Shown in pieces: positions 1-6,939 of a DNA stretch of 32,444 nt. Every line of letters starts with the position of its first letter. Position 1 is the first letter of the stretch. The DNA lies in the IMG/VR virus record IMGVR_UViG_3300032218_001589, positions 1 through 32,444 of that record, one strand, 5' to 3'. A model generated the notes under the pieces. The model did no database searches. It saw only the letters and a list, made by a program, of their open reading frames with translations, and had not been told where the DNA came from. This stretch comes from a virus (taxonomy: Duplodnaviria > Caudoviricetes). Position numbers and translations under genes: made by a program.

Positions 1-12
1 AGAGACCTTCAC
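1..12. repeat. 12-bp terminal direct repeat (left copy), probable cohesive end (cosN)
   Basis: AGAGACCTTCAC at 1-12 is identical to 32433-32444. It adjoins the small terminase start in a genome with a lambda GpA-type terminase. Confidence 0.8.
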
Positions 13-407
13 TGCGGCCAAGGGCCACAGGCAAAAGATTCCTTATAGGGGGGCATTTTCTTCCTATTAGGCCCCAAAGGCAAATTCAATTCAGCGCCAG
101 CCTCGGCAGCTACAAGTGACAAGGCTTTAGTTGAACATCCTTCAGCCTGAGCAGCTTCGGTTAATGTTTTATACCCGGTCAATTGGTTAAGACCACCAGC
201 AAACGCAAGACCCAATGCACGCAATCTAGTAGACGCAACCCGTGATTCTTTAGGTCGCCCCAAAATAAAACCCAGCAATCTAATCACGACCGCGCCGCCT
301 GCTGCTTCACGTTCATGTGCTATGAGATCATAATGCCATTCAAGCACATCTTTAACCTGAGAATGAGTCAACCCCATATCCAACAACTGATCAATCAATT
401 CCTGCAT
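9..407 (-). CDS. putative HTH DNA-binding protein (132 aa)
   Basis: C-terminal segment TLTEAAQAEGCSTKALSLVA is helix-turn-helix-like. Last gene before cos and the terminases. Confidence 0.5.
   Translation of the reverse strand: MQELIDQLLDMGLTHSQVKDVLEWHYDLIAHEREAAGGAVVIRLLGFILGRPKESRVASTRLRALGLAFAGGLNQLTGYKTLTEAAQAEGCSTKALSLVAAEAGAELNLPLGPNRKKMPPYKESFACGPWPQ
36..42 (-). promoter_or_regulatory. candidate cosQ-like packaging termination site (GGAATCT)
   Basis: Minus-strand GGAATCT(TT) lies exactly 23 nt before the 12-mer. Lambda cosQ GGGTCCT(TT) is likewise followed by 23 nt before the cohesive end. Identity is only 4/7. Confidence 0.45.
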
Positions 408-618
408 TCTTAATGTGGTTGCATCCTCGATGCGTAAATGTCCAGCCTAAAAGTGTCTGATTTTTAAACAATGAATGGCTTGAATAAACCACTGTTCGAA
501 GATCGCATTTACAATTTGCCATTGTTTCAAACGCTAGCAATGTAGCTTCAGTTTGATCAATGTGCTTCACAATTGCCAGCCATCCCCCGCATTCTGGTGC
601 TATAAAGTGTTCATTCAT
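391..618 (-). CDS. hypothetical protein (75 aa, MNEHFIAPEC...)
   Basis: ORF overlapping the next start. Start moved to the ATG at 618 because the upstream part of the track ORF covers hairpins and a terminator. Confidence 0.55.
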   Translation of the reverse strand: MNEHFIAPECGGWLAIVKHIDQTEATLLAFETMANCKCDLRTVVYSSHSLFKNQTLLGWTFTHRGCNHIKNAGID

Positions 619-623
619 AATGA

Positions 624-659
624 CAAAAACCCCGGACATTGCACACGCAAGCCGGGGTC
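624..659 (-). terminator. intrinsic terminator-like hairpin
   Basis: Minus strand reads ACCCCGG-C-TTGC-GTGT-GCAA-TGT-CCGGGGT followed by TTTTG. Confidence 0.6.
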
Positions 660-711
660 GATTGCCTTGCACCAAGAACACCCCGCCCAGGGTGTTTAGG
701 GTTAAGCACTA

Positions 712-740
712 AAGTTATTCGGTGTTGTTTTCGGAATCAA
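712..740 (-). promoter_or_regulatory. sigma70-like promoter
   Basis: TTGATT (740-735), 17-nt spacer, TAACTT (717-712). Confidence 0.45.
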
Positions 741-873
741 CAATTTGTTTTTGTAAATTTTTAGTTCTTGAACAAACAAAACATTCAAACTCTAAAAACT
801 TTGTCAGATCCATTACTTCGCCACATTTTTCGCACTCAGGGTAATCAAACGAAATGTCTGTGTGATGATTCAT
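715..873 (-). CDS. small zinc-ribbon protein (52 aa; not in ORF track)
   Basis: Manual translation MNHHTDISFDYPECEKCGEVMDLTKFLEFECFVCSRTKNLQKQIVDSENNTE has two CxxC motifs. ATGA overlap with the upstream stop. Confidence 0.65.
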   Translation of the reverse strand: MNHHTDISFDYPECEKCGEVMDLTKFLEFECFVCSRTKNLQKQIVDSENNTE

Positions 874-1082
874 TTTTCAAGTCTTTGAATTTCTTGCGCA
901 ATGTACCACTGCGCCTTTTTTAGGTCCTCTACGGGATTTCTGCTTTTTAATCCAGCACGCCAAACGTACTTAATTACATTTCCAAGGTTGTATGGGAACT
1001 CCTCAGCAATAGTTACACATTCAACCCCACTCGCGTGTTGGGTGTAATGCGCAGGGTGGTTGATGGGGTCATTTGTAGCCAT
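870..1082 (-). CDS. DUF3310 family protein (T7 gp1.7-like/SaV-like, 70 aa)
   Basis: Signature DPINHPAHY...GVECV...LGNVIKYVWRAGLK...EDLKKAQWY. Start placed at MATNDP. Confidence 0.85.
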   Translation of the reverse strand: MATNDPINHPAHYTQHASGVECVTIAEEFPYNLGNVIKYVWRAGLKSRNPVEDLKKAQWYIAQEIQRLEK

Positions 1083-1263
1083 AATACTTTGTCTCCAGCT
1101 CTTTAAGTCTGTTTCTCCAGATCTCTCCATTCAACTTGTCGCCCCTGCTGCAAATAGCATCTTTAAGCAGCAGCATGGCAGTTTTTAATTGCAATTCACT
1201 TTCCCCAACAGCTCGTTGCAGTTCTTTGTTTGCGGCTTGTAGCCGTTCAATTTCATTGTTCAT
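1069..1263 (-). CDS. hypothetical coiled-coil protein (64 aa)
   Basis: ATGA-coupled ORF with a heptad-like N-terminus. Confidence 0.6.
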   Translation of the reverse strand: MNNEIERLQAANKELQRAVGESELQLKTAMLLLKDAICSRGDKLNGEIWRNRLKELETKYYGYK

Positions 1264-1535
1264 TTATCTTTCTCCCACTTGCCCAGCGTCCGTAAAAACG
1301 CCTCTGCGCGTTGGCGGGCTGTTGCGTGTGTTGCCATCATGTGTTCGTCCGTGCTCCAATCTCCACTCCTGTTTTCCAAGTGCCAAACGTAAGTGGCAAT
1401 CTGCTCATATCCTTTCAGGACCTTCTCCGCCTCATGCATCGCGTTGAGGTCGGTGCAGTAGTCTCTTGAGATCATCCAATGCTCATTTCGGTGCAGCACT
1501 GTTTCAATCGCCGCGTTAATTTGTTTGTTGGTCAT
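1260..1535 (-). CDS. phage protein, ABA-sandwich-like domain (91 aa)
   Basis: DYCTDLNAMHEAEK...ATARQRAEAFL pattern typical of this phage family. ATGA coupling at both ends. Confidence 0.6.
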   Translation of the reverse strand: MTNKQINAAIETVLHRNEHWMISRDYCTDLNAMHEAEKVLKGYEQIATYVWHLENRSGDWSTDEHMMATHATARQRAEAFLRTLGKWEKDK

Positions 1536-1825
1536 TCTCTCATCTCCTTGTCTATGTCTTTAAGCAAAAATGATTTACCGTTTACAGTAATGCGCGTTTC
1601 AGGCGGAAATGCTGCTCTAGATGCATCAAAAACTGTCAAAGATTCCTTGTTAGTTGATCCAATTACCAAAGAATCCACGGTAATTTCCAGTAATTCTTCT
1701 GCTGTTTTTATTGCGGTCTTATTGCATCCATCGCCTATTGCTATCTGAATTAATGCCACTTCTAATTTTGTGATGCGATTTACCAATTTAATAAAATCTT
1801 TTGTTGATATTGTGACTTTGTTCAT
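1532..1825 (-). CDS. hypothetical protein (97 aa)
   Basis: ATGA-coupled ORF preceded by a GAGGGG Shine-Dalgarno-like sequence. Confidence 0.65.
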   Translation of the reverse strand: MNKVTISTKDFIKLVNRITKLEVALIQIAIGDGCNKTAIKTAEELLEITVDSLVIGSTNKESLTVFDASRAAFPPETRITVNGKSFLLKDIDKEMRE

Positions 1826-2097
1826 TTCCCCTCTTTTGCTGCTTCAATAAGTGCGTCTGCGCGTTTAAGCGCATGAAACTCACACGGCGTGCCATACTGC
1901 CGCGCATAAATGGACTGCATAAACATCGCCGCAATCTGCAGCCGCGGGGGTTCTGGGCGAACTGTCAACGATTGCTTGACGGTTGCCTCATCACGCTGGA
2001 TTTGTTGCCACAGGGCGCGCTCCGCCGCGCTGCACGCTAGTGCCTGCGCTAACGCAACGGCGTCGTCAGGGGCTGAGGTGGGGTCAGTTGGTTCCAT
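1822..2097 (-). CDS. hypothetical protein (may be fused in frame to an upstream MTase remnant)
   Basis: C-terminal RLQIAAMFM...ALKRADALI pattern is common in small phage proteins. Start uncertain (2097 or GTG 2160). Confidence 0.55.
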   Translation of the reverse strand: MEPTDPTSAPDDAVALAQALACSAAERALWQQIQRDEATVKQSLTVRPEPPRLQIAAMFMQSIYARQYGTPCEFHALKRADALIEAAKEGK

Positions 2098-2106
2098 AAG
2101 GTCGTG

Positions 2107-2160
2107 AATGCCTCCGTACCCGGCGCAAAGGCTGATATGAGTGATTTCGGTAGTATCCAC
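2107..2160 (-). pseudogene. N-terminal remnant of a C5 DNA cytosine methyltransferase
   Basis: (M/V)DTTEITHISLCAGYGGI matches SAM-binding motif I. No PC catalytic or ENV motif follows. Confidence 0.6.
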
Positions 2161-2161
2161 A

Positions 2162-2317
2162 TTAGATTGAATCAATTACCGCTTCAGTTTCTTCATACGG
2201 AATGCCATGCAAACGGCAAATCTGAAGCCTCGCCTCGGATTCTGACTCCGCTGAAATCCACCATGCCCGGTACGGCCTGAAATCGGCAGTAACCTTGTAT
2301 CGCATCAACCATTTCAT
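2162..2317 (-). CDS. hypothetical protein (51 aa; not in ORF track)
   Basis: MKWLMRYKVTADFRPYRAWWISAESESEARLQICRLHGIPYEETEAVIDSI, with an AGGAGG RBS and ATGA overlap. Confidence 0.65.
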   Translation of the reverse strand: MKWLMRYKVTADFRPYRAWWISAESESEARLQICRLHGIPYEETEAVIDSI

Positions 2318-2478
2318 TTTCCGCCCTCCTTCTGCATGGCGATCTCGTTTTTAAGATCTTCATTCTCCGCAATTAAAGCACACATTTTAAGGCGCAGTAT
2401 TGCCAGCTCCCGTGCAATTGCGTTTCTGTCCGCGTGTAAACGCAAGATTTCTTTTTCTTCAGCAGTTTCAGTGTTCAT
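2314..2478 (-). CDS. hypothetical coiled-coil protein (54 aa; not in ORF track)
   Basis: MNTETAEEKEILRLHADRNAIARELAILRLKMCALIAENEDLKNEIAMQKEGGK fills the gap, with ATGA overlaps on both sides. Confidence 0.65.
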   Translation of the reverse strand: MNTETAEEKEILRLHADRNAIARELAILRLKMCALIAENEDLKNEIAMQKEGGK

Positions 2479-2696
2479 TGGAGTCGTATCAGGGTTTTAA
2501 TGTTGCGAGCGGGCATCTTTTTTTCAGCCAACAAACTGACCACGATGCCCTGTCCCTCTTGCTTAATAATGAGTCGATAATTCAGCTCAAGTCCAGATTC
2601 AAGTCCCTTTCTTACAAAATCAGAAAAACTGTCTGCCGATATCACGTCTGCCACTTCGTCCAACGCCTCTTCCAGCGTTTCAATTTGTTCAGTCAT
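2475..2696 (-). CDS. hypothetical protein (73 aa)
   Basis: ORF preceded by an AGGAG RBS and overlapping its neighbours. Confidence 0.65.
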   Translation of the reverse strand: MTEQIETLEEALDEVADVISADSFSDFVRKGLESGLELNYRLIIKQEGQGIVVSLLAEKKMPARNIKTLIRLQ

Positions 2697-2880
2697 TTGC
2701 CATCTCCTGTTTTAATTCCGCATACATTTTTTGCCAACGTTCTGCCTGCTGCCCTTGCAGCGCGCAAGATGCGCCATTCAGCAAAATTAACGCTGTTTCA
2801 AGTTTTAAGAGCAAATCTGCTGTTGTTTCATAGAGTAAAATGAGCCTTTCTGTAATACATTGATTGTCTTGATGTTCCAT
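2689..2880 (-). CDS. hypothetical protein (63 aa)
   Basis: First ORF after the origin-like region; overlaps the next start. Confidence 0.55.
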   Translation of the reverse strand: MEHQDNQCITERLILLYETTADLLLKLETALILLNGASCALQGQQAERWQKMYAELKQEMAND

Positions 2881-2919
2881 AAATTGCTTCTAGTGCGAGA
2901 AGGGTTTTTTCTTTTGACC

Positions 2920-3104
2920 TTGCCTCGCTTTTGTAAATGGTTGTTTTTGTTCTATTTAACTACCCTTTGCGAGGCAACAAGGTAGAAGTATGTCTTTCCT
3001 ATACAAAAAAATATATATAATATATATAGTATATAAAGTAACGACTTTTGCCTCGCTGCCTCGCAATTTGGAGCTTTTACAGAGTAAAAGCAGCTGCGAG
3101 GCAA
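2920..3104. other. putative replication origin (iterons + AT-rich core)
   Basis: (T)TGCCTCGC at 2920-2928, 3048-3056 and 3057-3064, inverted at 2969-2977 and 3096-3104. TA-rich tract at ~3000-3040 and hairpin GCTTTTAC-AGA-GTAAAAGC at 3073-3091. Directly downstream of the primase-helicase. Confidence 0.65.
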
Positions 3105-3119
3105 GAGATTTGACAAAAA

Positions 3120-5486
3120 TCATTGTCTCACCTCCTCGCTGTTTTCTGGAATTAGCCGCAGTTGGTACATTACAGCACCACGACGCTTGCCTGCTGTTGT
3201 TAGGTCGAGACCCATGTTGCGTTTGTAGCGTTGAGCGTCTGCCACAATTCGCCCAAGATAACGTCCCAAAACTGCGGGATCATCATGCACGAGGTTTCGA
3301 GCTGTTGCCCGTGTGCTTTCATCTTCCCTCATAGCGTCGAGAATTGCCATTGCAACAAGCGGAGTTGATGTTGGAATGATGTTTCGATCAATGCAATGCG
3401 TCAAAAGCTGCGCTAATTGGTGCTCTGGGCTTTGAATGGACAAAAGACTCACAATATAAGGGTCATGCCAGCACACGGAGCCGTTACGCTGATCTTTGGC
3501 ATGTTCTGGCAATGTCTCTGCGTCTAACCAACCCGCAAACGCTGGCAATTCTGCATGTATTTGTTCCTCATAAGCTGACCATTGCGCCCCGGTGTCGGTC
3601 GGCATTGGCGTAGGAGCGTAATAGCAACGAAAGAGGTGAATCTTGTCTTCAATGTCCGGCGTAAGTGGCGGCAACACGCGAATGGCATCGTCCTGATCAT
3701 TGCATAAAATGAACAATCTTGCCCACGGTTGCAATGTCACCTGTTCTTTGTGTTTGGCATGAAAACCAACACGGCCTGAGTACATCATACTTTTTATAGA
3801 GGCGCCAAACTGTCGCCGCTGATCAATACGGTGACTATGCTCCTTATCATCTACTGTCCACACTTCGCCATGCAAAAGCTCTCCATTAAATGCCTCCGCA
3901 CCATTTGCAAATGCTTTGTGAGCATCCTGCTGCCGCCCACCTAGCAAGGGACGAATAATTTGATTCACTAGGAAACTTTTTCCACAATTTTTTGGACCGC
4001 ATAATACCATTGCTTGCCCCGGGCGAACTTGCCGCCGTTGTCCATTTTGCAAATTGGAAATTGCAAGTTTGAGCGCTTCACGAGACATCTTAATTGCGTA
4101 CGCCCACCGCCACCAGGCCTTAGATTCGGTCGGTTCCTCGCCTTCGATGCGCGGTGAAAAAAGCTGCATTGTGAGCTTATGAATTGTGCTCCAGCCTGCG
4201 CCGATCTCTGGCGACGTTGGCGGAATGCCTTGAAACCACGTTGGACCAGCATCACAATAATAACGGCGTCCACCCTCCTCATGTAATCCAATGGGATAAC
4301 CTGGCATTGAACCATCATAGTCAATGGCGTGCTCAGTCATCACTTTATATACTTCCGCCTCTATTTGCTCACGATCAAAAGCAAGTCCCTCCTGTCTGAA
4401 CGCCATTTTAAGACCTGATTCAGTTATTGGGGTGATGACGCGACCGCGCACCATAATAAAGTCCTTTTTAGCCTTGCGATAATAAAACTGAATCATCGGC
4501 TCCGTGTGCATTTGTGACACATCTACGGCCTGCGCTTCAATTGCCGGCGTTTCTGTTTCTTTTCGACTGGCAACCCAATCGTCCCAACATGCCGCCCCAA
4601 TTCGAACCGCAAGAAGATCTTGCCATTTGTCGCCCCTTTGACGGCCCGCCAGACGTGCTAAACGGGAGCAATTAAGGCATGAACGGTCTAAAACAATACC
4701 CTCATACTCTTCCATCGCATCCGCCGCCATTTTTGCGCGAATTCGAAATTCCTCCGGCGTCGCTGCATCTACTCGAACCCACGCATGAATTGAACGCCCG
4801 CCACTAGATATCACCACGCTGACGGGCAATCCGCTTGCCACAATTGCTGCCCATTGCAGTTCCATTGGCGCTTTGTCGCCTTCAATAAGACAATGTCGCC
4901 AAGCCGTGACGTCAGCATCTCCACTGCCTCCCGCTTTCATTGGATTTACCCGAATGTAAGTGCCAAATTCGTGATTGTCACAAAGAGGAATCGGTTCGCG
5001 AGTGATGCCTTTGTCTTTCGGCTTACCGTCTGGCCCCTTGCCAAAAACAATGGCAACAAGCTCGTCAGGGGCAAAACAAGTTTCCAAGTGAATCCGTTGG
5101 CCATCTAAGATTGTTGCAGGAATGGCCAATGGTTCTAGTGGCTTCACCGCTTTTACTGCTGGCGCCGGCCTTGGCGCTACCATTGGTGGCGCGCTAACCG
5201 TCATTTTTCCTTTTCGCAACACGTTGCCTGCGGTGATCTTCATTTTGCCGATCTCACTGCGCATTTTATAATTCCAATCCGCAATCATCCCCGCGCAAGA
5301 ATCATGACAACAATATAAAGTCGGCGGAAGACCGTCATTGATTGTTAATCTGCAATCCTTTTTGCCATTGCTTGTCGAATGTTGCTCAATGCCTGGGCAC
5401 TGCACCCAAGCAAGATTAGGTGATTGCCATTCTGCTAAAGGAAAAAGCACTCTAGCCACCGCCTCCACAATCTGCGCCTCATTCAT
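3120..5486 (-). CDS. DNA primase-helicase (Zn finger + RepB'/AEP-type primase + SF3/DUF5906-like ATPase), 788 aa
   Basis: CPG...H...CCHDSC Zn-binding region; primase motifs LIEGD, SSGGRSIHAW and SRLARLAG; Walker A GPKNCGKS and Walker B VWTVDD. Start at MNEAQ with a GGAGGAG RBS. Confidence 0.85.
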   Translation of the reverse strand: MNEAQIVEAVARVLFPLAEWQSPNLAWVQCPGIEQHSTSNGKKDCRLTINDGLPPTLYCCHDSCAGMIADWNYKMRSEIGKMKITAGNVLRKGKMTVSAPPMVAPRPAPAVKAVKPLEPLAIPATILDGQRIHLETCFAPDELVAIVFGKGPDGKPKDKGITREPIPLCDNHEFGTYIRVNPMKAGGSGDADVTAWRHCLIEGDKAPMELQWAAIVASGLPVSVVISSGGRSIHAWVRVDAATPEEFRIRAKMAADAMEEYEGIVLDRSCLNCSRLARLAGRQRGDKWQDLLAVRIGAACWDDWVASRKETETPAIEAQAVDVSQMHTEPMIQFYYRKAKKDFIMVRGRVITPITESGLKMAFRQEGLAFDREQIEAEVYKVMTEHAIDYDGSMPGYPIGLHEEGGRRYYCDAGPTWFQGIPPTSPEIGAGWSTIHKLTMQLFSPRIEGEEPTESKAWWRWAYAIKMSREALKLAISNLQNGQRRQVRPGQAMVLCGPKNCGKSFLVNQIIRPLLGGRQQDAHKAFANGAEAFNGELLHGEVWTVDDKEHSHRIDQRRQFGASIKSMMYSGRVGFHAKHKEQVTLQPWARLFILCNDQDDAIRVLPPLTPDIEDKIHLFRCYYAPTPMPTDTGAQWSAYEEQIHAELPAFAGWLDAETLPEHAKDQRNGSVCWHDPYIVSLLSIQSPEHQLAQLLTHCIDRNIIPTSTPLVAMAILDAMREDESTRATARNLVHDDPAVLGRYLGRIVADAQRYKRNMGLDLTTAGKRRGAVMYQLRLIPENSEEVRQ

Positions 5487-5637
5487 TATTTTTCTCCTCC
5501 ATTTCTCCACTAAAAATCTCAAGCGCCGCCAATAAAATGGCAATCTCTGGATCTTGTGCCATTTTGCTAGTAATTCCCACTGCCCGCATTCGTTTCAATT
5601 TTGCTTTTAATTCATCCAACTCTTTATCAATTATCAT
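5479..5637 (-). CDS. hypothetical protein (52 aa; not in ORF track)
   Basis: MIIDKELDELKAKLKRMRAVGITSKMAQDPEIAILLAALEIFSGEMEEKNNE fills the gap and overlaps the primase start. Confidence 0.6.
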   Translation of the reverse strand: MIIDKELDELKAKLKRMRAVGITSKMAQDPEIAILLAALEIFSGEMEEKNNE

Positions 5638-5671
5638 AAAAAAAATGCGCGTTACCGAGTCGCGCCCCTCG
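5638..5671 (-). promoter_or_regulatory. structured RNA element (terminator-like hairpin or H-type pseudoknot) with U tract
   Basis: Minus strand reads CGAG-GG-GCGCG-A-CTCG-GTAA-CGCGC-A-TTTTTTTT-ATG. Confidence 0.5.
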
Positions 5672-5692
5672 TTTAATTACTGTCGGCGTTGA

Positions 5693-6214
5693 TTAAATGG
5701 GAATCTCGTCAGCTTCTGGATCAAAATCAGGTTGCTTTGGTAATTGTGGTTTTAACAATGCAACAAATTCTTTCGGCTTTGGCACCATTTTTTCCAACCC
5801 TTCCATGATTGGAGACACGCTTGAAATGTTGGCATAAATACGACCTTTATTACTCATATTATGCTCAACCAAGATTTGCGCTGATTGATTCTTCATGGAT
5901 ACTGTGTCAAAACCCGGTTTAGGGGGTTCATTGTTCCAGGCTTTTAGAAACTGAAACAAAGAACTTTTTTCATGAAGGCTAAGTTTAAACGCCTTTGATC
6001 GAATTACGTAATTATCCGATCCCTTTTTAACGCCAAAATAAAAAGTTGTTGTATCAATCAATTCTTTTTCTGTCTCAGATCCGTATTTTAGCCGCTCTAC
6101 TCCAAAATTATCTTCAACATCGAGACAAATTGCCACATAACTTCCTTTTGGCACCGTTGCTTCCGAAATGATGCGAGAATTGCTGCTGCTTGTTTGTTGG
6201 GTTAATACTGCCAT
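5693..6214 (-). CDS. putative single-stranded DNA-binding protein (173 aa)
   Basis: VPKGSYVAICLDVED N-terminus and acidic/hydrophobic tail DFDPEADEIPI. Lies in the replication cluster. Confidence 0.65.
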   Translation of the reverse strand: MAVLTQQTSSSNSRIISEATVPKGSYVAICLDVEDNFGVERLKYGSETEKELIDTTTFYFGVKKGSDNYVIRSKAFKLSLHEKSSLFQFLKAWNNEPPKPGFDTVSMKNQSAQILVEHNMSNKGRIYANISSVSPIMEGLEKMVPKPKEFVALLKPQLPKQPDFDPEADEIPI

Positions 6215-6262
6215 ATTTCTGTGTTTTTAGCGTTTGGTTTTTCTTTATTTAGCGTTGGCCGT

Positions 6263-6499
6263 TTAAAAAGGTTGGCCGTCCTTTTTTTCCACTTGGAAAG
6301 TCCATTCTGGAAGTTGCATTGCCCCAGATTTTTCAAGATAGCGCCAGGCAGATTCATCAGCGTGTTCAAAACACATTTGTTTTATCCCTTCTGGTGCGAT
6401 TGTAATTTCGTCTCGGTCGTAATTTGCCCGTGCAAACTCGCTCCAAAAACGTCGCGTTGCCACCTTTCGCGCTTCAATAAAATGTTCGGACAAGTTCAT
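6263..6499 (-). CDS. hypothetical protein (78 aa)
   Basis: ATGA-coupled to the resolvase. Confidence 0.65.
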   Translation of the reverse strand: MNLSEHFIEARKVATRRFWSEFARANYDRDEITIAPEGIKQMCFEHADESAWRYLEKSGAMQLPEWTFQVEKKDGQPF

Positions 6500-6939
6500 T
6501 GCGTAAGTTTATTTCCGGCTTCTAGGATTAACAAAGCGTCAGCCGTTTTAAGCGTCACTTTGAGATGGGGATTCAACGCCTGAGAGCGTTCTTTGAGGTG
6601 CGCTTTCCATCGATTGCCATGCGTTGCACGGTTGCCTAATCCTAACGCTTTCTGCCACGCCTGCGGTGTAAACTCATAAACCTTGATTCCAAGCGTTGCT
6701 AAAATGCCTCGGCATTCGCCGTACCGAGTAGAAAGCTTCATCATTGCACTAGCGTTTTTGCCTGCAAACTTCGGAATCTCCTCAAGATAACAAATATCAA
6801 AGCCCCCGCATTTTAATTCCCTTAATTTATCTGCCAAATCGACAACTGTATCCGGCATTGTGTCCGCTTTATTCCACCCATCGTACTTGTACGCAATGCC
6901 TCCGCCCTGGCCTGGGTCAATTGCAAATGCTTCGCTCAT
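6496..6939 (-). CDS. RuvC-like Holliday junction resolvase
   Basis: Acidic motifs AIDPG...LEE...PQAWQK...ADALLI. Confidence 0.85.
   Translation of the reverse strand: MSEAFAIDPGQGGGIAYKYDGWNKADTMPDTVVDLADKLRELKCGGFDICYLEEIPKFAGKNASAMMKLSTRYGECRGILATLGIKVYEFTPQAWQKALGLGNRATHGNRWKAHLKERSQALNPHLKVTLKTADALLILEAGNKLTQ

Noticed and set aside
2990-3334. 114-aa plus-strand ORF with a hydrophobic start
   Set aside because: The YKKIYIIYIVY stretch is just the translated TA tract of the origin-like element, and the rest is antisense to the primase.
5487-5543. Track's upstream start for the primase (also 28463, 30172, 27498, 24236, 19555 and 1130 for other genes)
   Set aside because: These extensions overlap neighbouring genes or hairpins; downstream ATGs with RBS or ATGA coupling fit better.
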